Sequence record: MW495066.1
Direction: 5' to 3' (one strand)
DNA: 32,000 nt
Source: Microcystis phage MaAM05
Shown here: positions 9,091-17,684 of the stretch, piece after piece
Layout: each line of letters begins with the position of its first letter
Numbering within the stretch: the stretch's first letter is position 1
Translations under genes and position numbers: made by a program
The notes under the pieces: generated by a model
The model's database searches: none
Seen by the model: only the letters and a program-made list of their open reading frames with translations
Told to the model about the DNA's origin: nothing

Positions 9091-10251
9091 TCAGGCAAGG
9101 GCCTGCCCGGCAATTCGGGTTAAATTGACCTCGAAAATATCGCAGACCTGATGCCAGGTGTAGCAACGGGTCACAGTCTCAAAGGCGGCTTCGCCCATGG
9201 ACTGGCACAGGGTGGGATTTTCCAGCAGGTGGGTCACGCTTTCCACAATGGCCTGCGGGTTATTGGGCGGCACCAGCAGACCACTCTCATAGTGGGTGAC
9301 TACTTCCTGAAAATCCGGGTTTTGCACCACCACCGCTGGCATGGCGCTGGCCATGGCTTCCAGGACGGCCAGGGGTTGCGCCGGGGTACTGTGGGGCTGA
9401 ATGAACACATCGTGCTGCAAGTACAGCTCCGGCAAGGTCTCCTCCTGCTGAACCCGCACGCAGTTGAGGGCGGGCTTGACGGGTTCTGGAAAGTCGGCGA
9501 ACAATTCATCGGGAGGGGGCAACTGGTGATCGCCTGCCACCGTCAACGTCACTTGGGGGTGGGTTTTCAGGATCTGCTGAAAGGCTTCCACAACGGGCGT
9601 TCCAATGGGATTTTCCGTGTGGTTGTTGCCGATAAGCAGCAATTTGGAAGGCGGGGTGGCTTTTTGCTTCAATCGCTGCGGACTGTAGAATTTGGCGTCC
9701 ACGCCACGAGGCTGATACATGGCTTTGCTGGCGTACTGGGGGTATTTCCGCCGAATGTGATGCACATCTTCCAGCCCGGTTAAAAAGCAGCCGTCCTGAG
9801 TCTTGAGGGCCTGTTCCACCGTCCAGACGTTCAGTTGCTGAAGCAGGTACTCCCGGGGAAGGGAGGGAATGGGCAGGGGGGCAGCGGGCTCCGGTATGTC
9901 ATCCACTGATTTCCCAATGGCCGGATCGTCGTGCAAGTGCCAGGACACCACGCGTGTTTCCGGGGGGAGCAGCCAGTCCCGAAAGGAGGACAAACACCAG
10001 CCGCTGCTGCCAGTGGCCAGAACAATGTCATACTGCTTTTGCTGACATTTGCGGCTGGCCAAGGGGGCAATGCGCATGGGCCACTCTAATAACGAAATAG
10101 GCTCTGCTTGCTCTTCACTATCGTGCGGGCGACGAAAAAAGTAATCGACCTCATGCCCTCTCAGCGCCAGTTCCCGTCCCAGGTAGCGCATGGCCCGAAC
10201 GGTGTCATCCAGGGCGTTTTGGGTCAGGTGGCAAATAAACAGCAACTTCAT
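9091..10251 (-). CDS. Glycosyltransferase (GT-B fold, GT4/GT1-like)
   Basis: 386 aa. The C-terminal half has the GT1/GT4-type pattern ('...LEAMASAMPAVVVQN...E....GLLVPP'). Confidence 0.75.
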   Translation of the reverse strand: MKLLFICHLTQNALDDTVRAMRYLGRELALRGHEVDYFFRRPHDSEEQAEPISLLEWPMRIAPLASRKCQQKQYDIVLATGSSGWCLSSFRDWLLPPETRVVSWHLHDDPAIGKSVDDIPEPAAPLPIPSLPREYLLQQLNVWTVEQALKTQDGCFLTGLEDVHHIRRKYPQYASKAMYQPRGVDAKFYSPQRLKQKATPPSKLLLIGNNHTENPIGTPVVEAFQQILKTHPQVTLTVAGDHQLPPPDELFADFPEPVKPALNCVRVQQEETLPELYLQHDVFIQPHSTPAQPLAVLEAMASAMPAVVVQNPDFQEVVTHYESGLLVPPNNPQAIVESVTHLLENPTLCQSMGEAAFETVTRCYTWHQVCDIFEVNLTRIAGQALA

Positions 10252-10456
10252 GTGGGTTCCAGCCTTTCCGGTTGCTTCGGAATGTTAACGGTCTCTGGAC
10301 TGTAGCTGACTGTGCTTTGCAGCGATAGCCAAAAGTACAAATAAGCGAAAAGGCAAGTCCTAACGAAGGGCGCCGACCTAAAAAATACACTCACTCATCT
10401 GCCCGGATTGAATAGTACGATCATACTCCACAACCCAGGATGGGGAAACCAGCCGG

Positions 10457-11533
10457 TTAGGGATTCAAATAGTTTTTCAGGCTTTTGATATTTCGATTAC
10501 TGCGACACATTTTGCGCAGCTTGTTCAGCGCACGGGTTTCAATTTGGCGAACCCGCTCCCGAGAGACCCCAAACAGTTGCCCAATTTCTTCCAGGGTGCG
10601 TTTGTTGCCGTCACTCAGGCCAAAGCGCAGTTTTAAAACATCCCGTTCCCGAGGCCGCAAACTGTCCAGAATTTTATCCAGCTCCTCGGTCAAATTTTCC
10701 TGGGAGACCCGGCTGTCGGGCGATTCCGTGTTTTCATCCACCAGAAAATCACCGATTTTGGAGGCTTCATCCTTGGTGTGCAAGGGGGTTTCCAGGCTGA
10801 TGGTGGATTGGGTTGCCTTCAGTACCAAGCGCAATTTGGAGAGGGAAATGCCCATTTTTCCGGCCAGCTCTTCCTTGGTGGGGGTGCGGCCCAAATCGTG
10901 GGAGAGGTCACGGGTCACTTTTTTCAGGCGGCCAATGGTTTCAATCATGTGCACGGGTAGGCGAATGGTTCTGGATTTATCGGCAATACCCCGGGTGATG
11001 GATTGCTGAATCCACCAGGTGGCGTAGGTGGAAAACTTAAAGCCCCGTTTGTAGTCAAATTTTTCAGCGGCCCGAATCAGCCCCAAATTGCCTTCCTGAA
11101 TCAGATCCAGAAAAGAAAGGCCTCGGCCAATGTATTTTTTGGCGATACTGACCACCAGGCGTAAATTGGCTTTCACCAACTGGCCTTTGGCCACTTCGTC
11201 CCCTTCGGCAATGCGCTTGGCCAGCTCAATTTCCTGTTCGGAACTGAGTAGTTTGACTTTGCCGATTTGTTGCAGATAAATTTTCACCGAATCATCGGCA
11301 GAGCCCCGTTCAGCCTGAACTTTCTCCTGCTCCGCCTCTTCCTCTTCTTCCTCTTCCTCGAAAAAGTCGACCCGTTCCTGACCATCGTTGAATGACAGTT
11401 CGTTTTCGTCATCCAGAGGCATAAACTCGTCCTGGCGTTTGGTTTTACGGGGCTCGTCCAAGGGGGCGGATCCTTTGCGTAAAGAGGCAGCGGATTGTCG
11501 AATACCGGGTTTCTTTTTCTGGGAAATGCTCAT
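10457..11533 (-). CDS. rpoD: RNA polymerase primary (group 1) sigma-70 factor
   Basis: An acidic N-terminal tract ('[11 protein letters not shown]') precedes region 1.2 '[23 protein letters not shown]', region 2 '[35 protein letters not shown]-like', and regions 3 and 4 '[27 protein letters not shown]'. Confidence 0.93.
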   Translation of the reverse strand: MSISQKKKPGIRQSAASLRKGSAPLDEPRKTKRQDEFMPLDDENELSFNDGQERVDFFEEEEEEEEAEQEKVQAERGSADDSVKIYLQQIGKVKLLSSEQEIELAKRIAEGDEVAKGQLVKANLRLVVSIAKKYIGRGLSFLDLIQEGNLGLIRAAEKFDYKRGFKFSTYATWWIQQSITRGIADKSRTIRLPVHMIETIGRLKKVTRDLSHDLGRTPTKEELAGKMGISLSKLRLVLKATQSTISLETPLHTKDEASKIGDFLVDENTESPDSRVSQENLTEELDKILDSLRPRERDVLKLRFGLSDGNKRTLEEIGQLFGVSRERVRQIETRALNKLRKMCRSNRNIKSLKNYLNP

Positions 11534-11728
11534 GCGACCTCAGTATCGGGTTTTGTGGGGAGTGCGTTTCAAGCGGGTGCTTTTTGAAAGACAAAAAAAT
11601 TATATCAGTGCGCTTGGGTAGCGGTTGGGTTTCGGGCCTTAATCCCCTTTATTTGGATGAGTGTCCTGGCAAGAATCGAGACGGTCAGGAGCGTTGGGCT
11701 GGCGGGCAGGGAAATGCATGGGTTGGCC

Positions 11729-13009
11729 TTATGGTTTCAGGGCTTGAGTCACCAGACTGAGGTTGCTTTTGGCGATTTGCAGGTTTTCCTGGGTGCCGCT
11801 GGGAGGCGTGCGATGACGACTGACTTCGGTGTAAAGCTGACTGGCCTCCTCAAAGTTTTTTCGGGCCGCTGGCAGTTGTTTGCCGCGCACCATTCGGTTG
11901 CCTTCGTTAATCAGCAAGGCCCCCAGGTTGAACTTGGCTTCCACCAGTTCCCGGTTCAGTTGCAGGGCTTGCCGGTAGTAGGCCATGGCCTCGGTAATGC
12001 GGTTTTGTTTTTGGGACTGTACGCCCAGTTGGTAAAGTTCGTAGGATTTCTGGGTTTGGGCGGTGCTGCCACTGGTGCTGTTCTGCACATCGGCGTTCAG
12101 TTTGTACAACATACCAATGGTATTAATGTCCCGTTGGCTGAGGGCCTGCTCACCGCTGTGGCTGGTGGAGTAGTACATAACATCGTCCGGGTAGGGGCTG
12201 TGCCCTTTTAGGCCAATGGCATGTCCCATCTCGTGGGTGGCAATGGTCACCAATTCGACTTGGGGAATGGGTTGATCGCTGTTGGGATAATAGACGGCCA
12301 GGGTAATGTCCGAGCGAATAATGGTATCGCCCACCGATTGAAAGGGGCTGACGCCCAGAATGTTATCGGAGAAGTTTTTTTGCCAGCGTACCGTGATGTC
12401 GGCCTGATTGGCGTTGGCGGTCTGCACAAAGGAGACCTTCCCCCCGGAGGCCGACTGCCAGCGGCGCATGGCGCTGCTGACCGCCTGTTTCATGCCCGTA
12501 TGCCAGCCGTTAATGTGAAAGCCATTGCTGATGTAGACTATGAGCGGCATTTTTTGGGTGGAGAAATGCACGATTTTTCCATTGGGAATCACGTGCGTCA
12601 GGTAGTTGTCCTTGCTGGTTCGGGACAAGGCGGTTTTTATGACCTGGTTGGCCTTGCCGCTATTACTGGCCAGGGCGATTTGCTGGCTGGTCAGGTAGCT
12701 AATGTTGTTTCGGGACTTGGCCGCCAATTCGTGATTGGGAGGAACCAGCTGGATGACATACTCAAAGGCTTTCCGGGCTTCTTCATAGCGCCGCATCTGG
12801 GTGTAGGTCAGCCCCAGATAAAACAGGGCGTCCGGGTTTGCCTTTCCCTGGTTCATGATGCTGCCTTGCAGAAGCTGGGCGGCCCGGTTGTAATTTTTGC
12901 CTTTGTAGGCGCTGACCCCGTCCAGGTAGTTGTCCCCTACGGCGGCAGGGGACAGCAGGGCCGCCAGAAAAAGGCCGTGCAGCAAGCAAACAAAAGCACG
13001 CTTTAACAT
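11729..13009 (-). CDS. Secreted metzincin (matrixin/M10-like) zinc protease flanked by TPR repeats
   Basis: Signal-like N-terminus 'MLKRAFVCLLHGLFLAALLSPAAVG'. The full metzincin motif HExxHxxGxxH is 'HEMGHAIGLKGH' (12200-12235), followed by a Met-turn candidate 'DDVMYY'. TPR-like repeats lie N-terminal ('ALFYLGLTYTQMRRYEEARKAFEYVIQL') and C-terminal ('YELYQLGVQSQKQNRITEAMAYYRQALQLN'). Confidence 0.8.
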   Translation of the reverse strand: MLKRAFVCLLHGLFLAALLSPAAVGDNYLDGVSAYKGKNYNRAAQLLQGSIMNQGKANPDALFYLGLTYTQMRRYEEARKAFEYVIQLVPPNHELAAKSRNNISYLTSQQIALASNSGKANQVIKTALSRTSKDNYLTHVIPNGKIVHFSTQKMPLIVYISNGFHINGWHTGMKQAVSSAMRRWQSASGGKVSFVQTANANQADITVRWQKNFSDNILGVSPFQSVGDTIIRSDITLAVYYPNSDQPIPQVELVTIATHEMGHAIGLKGHSPYPDDVMYYSTSHSGEQALSQRDINTIGMLYKLNADVQNSTSGSTAQTQKSYELYQLGVQSQKQNRITEAMAYYRQALQLNRELVEAKFNLGALLINEGNRMVRGKQLPAARKNFEEASQLYTEVSRHRTPPSGTQENLQIAKSNLSLVTQALKP

Positions 13010-13083
13010 AGTTGGTTTATCGAGAGAGCGGGTGATTCTCTTGAATGTTTGAGGACAAACTGTATGAAAAGTTTACAAATCAA

Positions 13084-13968
13084 TCAGCGGGTGGAAATGG
13101 CGTTCAACAAATCCTGGGCGGAATCCATTTCCGTTTTCAGGGCTTGCAAATATTGCTCCAGACTGGCGTCATCCAGCCCGAAATAGTCCAGTAAGGCCGG
13201 ACTGAAATGCGCCGGATTGTAAATACCTTGCCGCTCATACTGCACCACGGCCAACTCGTTGGCCAGCGCCACCAGATGCACCAATCGGGGACAGGACTCC
13301 GCCTGGGCCGGTTGATGGTGGTGCAAGATCACCTCGCTGATGCCCACCGGTAATTTCCACTTGCTGGCCAGGTAATTGCCAATGCTGGCGTGGTTCACCC
13401 CCAGAATGGACTCCTCCAGGTGATAAAAGGGCAATCCGTGCAGGGGCAGCCCTTTGAGCTGGGCCTGGCCAAGGACTTGGCTATAATCCTGCTTGAAGTA
13501 GACATCCAGCACCACTTTGCCAATGTCGTGCAGCATACCGGCGCTAAACACGTCATCGCTATCGGCCACCCCCAGGGACTTGGCCAGCAGTCTGGCCGCT
13601 ACGGCGGTACCCAGCGAATGCTCCCAGAACTGTTGGTGATTGAGGCCACCCGGATGGGCATGTCCCTCGAATAGTTTAAAAATGCTGGCGCTCAGTACCA
13701 GCCCCCGCACGTTGGTAAAGCCCAGAATCATGATGCCGTGCTGGATGGAGCTGATTTGCCGCTGAAAGCCATAGGCCGCCGAGTTGACCATGCGCAGCAC
13801 CTTGGAGGTGAGTCCGGGATCATAGGAAATGAGTTTGGCGATTTCGGAGGCCGGGGTGTTGGGCTGGTTGATAATGGCCAGAATGCGATTCACCACATCC
13901 GGCAATGATGGGATGTCCCGAATGCGCTTCAGGATCAGTTCGTGAGCTCCCGAGGTGAACTTGTTCAT
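13084..13968 (-). CDS. HDOD domain signalling protein
   Basis: HDOD signature 'IPSLPDVVNRILAIINQPNTPASEIAKLISYDPGLTSKVLRMVNSAAYGFQRQISSIQHGIMILG', then an HD-like 'HDIGK' segment. Confidence 0.88.
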   Translation of the reverse strand: MNKFTSGAHELILKRIRDIPSLPDVVNRILAIINQPNTPASEIAKLISYDPGLTSKVLRMVNSAAYGFQRQISSIQHGIMILGFTNVRGLVLSASIFKLFEGHAHPGGLNHQQFWEHSLGTAVAARLLAKSLGVADSDDVFSAGMLHDIGKVVLDVYFKQDYSQVLGQAQLKGLPLHGLPFYHLEESILGVNHASIGNYLASKWKLPVGISEVILHHHQPAQAESCPRLVHLVALANELAVVQYERQGIYNPAHFSPALLDYFGLDDASLEQYLQALKTEMDSAQDLLNAISTR

Positions 13969-13989
13969 GGCTGGCTTCGGTTACGCCTT

Positions 13990-14775
13990 TCAAGCGACAG
14001 GTTTTTCATTCTTACGGGAGAAACGTCCCTGCTGCCACTGGCTGGTTTCGTCCAGCAGGGGCTGAAGATCAAAGCGGTTGACCGGTCGGGTCAGCAGTTT
14101 GATGCGCTTCTTCTGGTTGATGCGTTGCAAGGCCGTTTGTTCCTCCGCCGACAGCGTAATATGCGGCGGCAGGATGAGGGCAAGGGTTTCCACATAGGAG
14201 AGGTCGGCTAGAATTTGCAACAGGCTCAGCCCATTCATGGTGTTGGACAGTTCGTAGTTGGCCATCAGAATTTGAGGGCGGTATTTGTCCAGGGCCCAGG
14301 GTACACAGGAGACGACCCGAACCGGATGGATCTGATCCAGGGGAATGCCGCACACAAACAGGCAATCGATCAGTCGCTTCAGGTGCTTTTGATCCGGTTC
14401 AATAATGAGCGCCTGTTTATAGGGCACCTGAGTCGATTTTTTGGGCTTTTTGAAGGGCGTCAGAATGGAGTTGCCCATGCCGGTTCGTTTATGAATGCCG
14501 TGGGAGAGTGCCACCGGGGCTTTGGCCAGGCTTTGCCCGGTGTGCTTGTAGTGGAACTGGTGGGGTTGAGCGCCGCTTTTCAGGAAGCGGGGCAATTCTT
14601 CCGGGGAGAGTTCAAAGCCTTTCCGTAACAGCAAAATGGGTTCCAAGCCCAGATCGAAACGGTAAATGTCCTCACTGCTGACCAGGGTCTCTTGCCGAGC
14701 CGCTGCCGGGTGACTTTGCAAATGATTCGGGTTGAGTCGAATGAATCCAAACATGGCAGTCATCTCCACAATCAT
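13990..14775 (-). CDS. Hypothetical protein with C-terminal degenerate (pseudo-)receiver domain
   Basis: The C-terminal ~125 aa follow the CheY-like beta/alpha pattern: 'ALIIEPDQ...', 'PQILMANYELSNTMNGLSLLQIL', 'LALILPP', 'IKLLTRPVNRFDL'. The phospho-acceptor Asp position reads Asn and the conserved Lys reads Arg. It lies 21 nt upstream of the HDOD gene on the same strand. The start is ambiguous (14775, 14763 or 14754). Confidence 0.6.
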   Translation of the reverse strand: MIVEMTAMFGFIRLNPNHLQSHPAAARQETLVSSEDIYRFDLGLEPILLLRKGFELSPEELPRFLKSGAQPHQFHYKHTGQSLAKAPVALSHGIHKRTGMGNSILTPFKKPKKSTQVPYKQALIIEPDQKHLKRLIDCLFVCGIPLDQIHPVRVVSCVPWALDKYRPQILMANYELSNTMNGLSLLQILADLSYVETLALILPPHITLSAEEQTALQRINQKKRIKLLTRPVNRFDLQPLLDETSQWQQGRFSRKNEKPVA

Positions 14776-14993
14776 GTATTTCCTGCTGTTTGGGATGTCG
14801 GCAAGTTTGCCGGAAAGTCCAGCGTTTGAATGGAATGTCCTTTATTCAGTGGAGGGACGACAAAGCCCACACGGAGGACTGCCCGGAGGTGGCCTGATTC
14901 CTCAGAACTGAATTCATGAGGACACTTCGGTGTTCTGAACCCACTCTCCTCAACCGGCAGGTAATAAAGTGGCCTTGAATCAACAAGCTATTT

Positions 14994-15098
14994 TGTCATT
15001 CCTGTGCGGGCGAGAATTCAGGATAATATTGCCCGGAAGGCGTTACTTATGCCTGGTTTGACCTTTGTAACTGGATTCCCGCCTGTGCGGGAATGACA
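14994..15098. repeat. MITE/REP-like palindromic element (105 bp) with imperfect ~25-bp terminal inverted repeats
   Basis: Left arm 'TGTCATTCCTGTGCGGGCGAGAATTC' (14994-15019) and right arm 'GGATTCCCGCCTGTGCGGGAATGACA' (15073-15098) match 19/25 in inverted orientation. The right arm is itself a perfect hairpin, ATTCCCGC-CTGT-GCGGGAAT. Confidence 0.6.
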
Positions 15099-15197
15099 GA
15101 CCGAAGGATGAAAAACAGATCAAAATGAGCCAGTCAAAAGTGTCTGGGATCTTCAGACGCTTTTCATGAGAGGGCCTCAAAGACTTTTGGGCAAAGG

Positions 15198-17207
15198 CTA
15201 CCGGGCTAACTGGGAAGAAAGGCCTGCCAGTGCCGTCCCCTGCCGTTGGTATTGCCCCACCATGCGATCCATGGCTAAAAATTGCTGTCGCAGGGTTTTT
15301 TCCTTGATGGCCAGCCGGTCATTGGCTCGCTCAATGCTGGTTTCAATGGCTTTAATCCGTTTTCCGGCGGAATCCTGATAGGTGGCAAACAACCCTTTGC
15401 CAGAGTCTCCCAGGTTGTACAGGGCCCCAAACCCGGTGCGGCCAGTGCCGTCGGTATAGGTTTTGTCGGTCAGGAAGCGTTGCAGTTTGGTAAAGGTGCC
15501 ATCCAGCCCGTCATCCACGCCACTGGCCCCTACCGGTAAATCCTGGGCGATAAACAGCCGTTTCAGCTTTTCAGGATCTTCGCTCAACGCGGCGCGCAGG
15601 GCGTTTTTATCCAGGTACAGCTTGCCATCCGCGGAGGCCGAAGAACTGGTACTGGAAGTAGTGTTGGTGTTGTTGTTGTTATTGGTCGAGGAATTGGTGT
15701 TGTTGTCTGTGTTGTTTTCATCGGTGGTATCCGTGGTGTCTGTGCTTCCCAGTGCTTTGGGGCTTGAGGAAATGCCGACCATCTGCAAACTTTCATAAGC
15801 GGTGTTGGCCAAGTTGCCGCCCACGGACTGGGTAAAAATGGAACGGAGCTGGTTTCTAAAGCTCTTGATTCGACTGTCGCCCGCCAAAGGCCCGTTGGAT
15901 GCACTGGCCCCGGTCTTGGTGGCCTCTGGATCAATCTTGGTTTGCTTGGCGATTTCATCAATCAGGCTGTTGTATTTTTTAATAATGTCATCCACCTGAT
16001 TCACAATGGCGTCGTTGTCTTTTTGGATGGTGATTTGGGTGGTGGTGCCAGCGGCCACTTTCTTCAGGTTCAGGGTCACGCCGGTCAGGCCGGTCACGGT
16101 TTCATCCACGGTATCGCTGGTGGCGTACAGGGTTTGGCCATTGAGTACAAATTTGGTGTTGTTTCCGGCTTTTTGAGAGGAAATGGCGTCGGTGCCGTTG
16201 ATCAGTTTCATGGCTTGCAGAAAGTTTCCACCGGGTAAATCTTCCATACTGATTAAATTACTGCCGGTATCCTTGGCCGTTAACTGAAAACTGTTGGTGC
16301 CCCGGTTGAAGCTGGCGGTCACGCCGGCTTCGGATTTATTGATTTCATCAATGAGGGTGTTGATGGATTTGCCATCGGCGTTAAACGTAACCCCGTTGAT
16401 TTTGAACTGGCTGTCGGCAGCCACGGTAGTCGCCAGGTTGGCACCGGCTGTGGTCACGGCGGTATCTCGGCTAACGGTACTGACCCGCTGGGAGGCCGTG
16501 GTGGTAAAAACGCCGCCTTCGTTAATGGCCACTGCCGTATTCAGGAATGTTTTTTCCAGGAAGTTGCTGGTGTCGCCCCCGGCCCCAAAAGACACTGCGT
16601 TTCCTGAGCCGCCGCGATTGATCTGGATTTTTCCATCCACAATACCCACGGTGGCGCCGGGGATATCGGTTTGAATGGCCGTTTGCATATCGGCGATGAT
16701 GTCGCCCAGGGTGTCCCCATCGGCGATGGTAATCTGATAAGCCTTCTGGGCGGCCCCCACTTGGGTGTATAAGGTAAAGTTCCCTGCTGTAACGCCCAGT
16801 TCCGTGTTGGTCATGGTGGCGTCAAAGCGGCCAATGCCCTGGGTACTGGTGGCGGTGGTGGCCGTGGGAAGGGCTAAAACTTCCACTTTAAGGGTCTGAG
16901 CCGCAGCGCTATTGGAAACACTGGCGGTTACTGAACTGCTGTCGGAGGTGGTGGCCTTCATGTTCTCGAACACGGTTTTCTGGGTGGCCACATCCCGCCG
17001 GGCCAGCTGATCGATGGCCGAAAACAGGCTTCGGGCTTTATTCTGAATGCTGGTGTAGGCCGCCTGTTGCTTGCTGATGGTCGATTTTTTCTGACTCATC
17101 AGGGTAATCGGGCGTTGTTCCATGGCTAGCAACTGAGAAATGATGCCATTCACGTCAAAGCCGGAGTTGAACCCGCCAACGCCACCCAGGGAATAGTTGC
17201 TACTCAT
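15198..17207 (-). CDS. fliD: Flagellar filament capping protein (hook-associated protein 2)
   Basis: N-terminus 'SLGGVGGFNSGFDVNGIISQLLAMEQRPITLMSQKKSTISKQQAAYTSIQ' and C-terminus 'LRQQFLAMDRMVGQYQRQGTALAGLSSQL' match the conserved FliD N- and C-terminal coiled-coil regions. It contains an Asn/Thr/Ser low-complexity insert (15633-15746). Confidence 0.9.
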   Translation of the reverse strand: MSSNYSLGGVGGFNSGFDVNGIISQLLAMEQRPITLMSQKKSTISKQQAAYTSIQNKARSLFSAIDQLARRDVATQKTVFENMKATTSDSSSVTASVSNSAAAQTLKVEVLALPTATTATSTQGIGRFDATMTNTELGVTAGNFTLYTQVGAAQKAYQITIADGDTLGDIIADMQTAIQTDIPGATVGIVDGKIQINRGGSGNAVSFGAGGDTSNFLEKTFLNTAVAINEGGVFTTTASQRVSTVSRDTAVTTAGANLATTVAADSQFKINGVTFNADGKSINTLIDEINKSEAGVTASFNRGTNSFQLTAKDTGSNLISMEDLPGGNFLQAMKLINGTDAISSQKAGNNTKFVLNGQTLYATSDTVDETVTGLTGVTLNLKKVAAGTTTQITIQKDNDAIVNQVDDIIKKYNSLIDEIAKQTKIDPEATKTGASASNGPLAGDSRIKSFRNQLRSIFTQSVGGNLANTAYESLQMVGISSSPKALGSTDTTDTTDENNTDNNTNSSTNNNNNTNTTSSTSSSASADGKLYLDKNALRAALSEDPEKLKRLFIAQDLPVGASGVDDGLDGTFTKLQRFLTDKTYTDGTGRTGFGALYNLGDSGKGLFATYQDSAGKRIKAIETSIERANDRLAIKEKTLRQQFLAMDRMVGQYQRQGTALAGLSSQLAR

Positions 17208-17684
17208 GCGCGATGATCCTTCGATTGGGCAGGAGTGCCAAGTGTTTAAGCAAACGGTTTTGCAGCAAACCTTTGTTTATCATTACCCACTTTTCGCTTG
17301 GTTTAATCGTTTTTATTAATGAATTGGTTTTTTGATGAAGGTGAGGGGGAAACAAAAGATTCGGTTCGACTCACCCGGCAGGGTGAAATTTTGAGCGTGA
17401 CCCTGTAAATGCTCCGTTACAAGTCGGGCTGGAATCAGCACTTTTATGGTGTTTTCCTTTTTTTAATATGAAACAAGCCCCCAAGATGACTCGGGCGGGC
17501 ATCCGCCACCTGATGGAGTGTTGTTTGCTTTTGTGATATGTTCCGACTTTATAAAGTAAAAATATGTCACAGCTGGCTGAACTTTGCGGGTTTTCGTCAA
17601 TCGCTGGTTAAAGCGGGTTTTACGAGTCGATAAAAGGCTCAGCGTGGATGTAGAAGTACACAAATTCAAGGGAGTTCCCACTTT

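Noticed and set aside
14812-14820. 'GGAAAGTCC', a 9-mer identical to the RNase P RNA CR-I core, sits inside a 420-bp non-coding gap of about the right size.
   Set aside because: The other universally conserved RNase P blocks (the 'GGGTGAAA'-type J11/12 and 'ACAGAA.CCGGCTTA' P4 3' strand) are absent from the gap. The gap also contains a REP/MITE-like element. This is most likely a chance match.
17277-17305. A sigma-28-like promoter upstream of fliD (minus strand: TAAA-N17-AATGATAA).
   Set aside because: The spacer is 17 nt instead of 15, and only 5/8 of the GCCGATAA -10 element match. That is too weak to call without a mapped transcription start.
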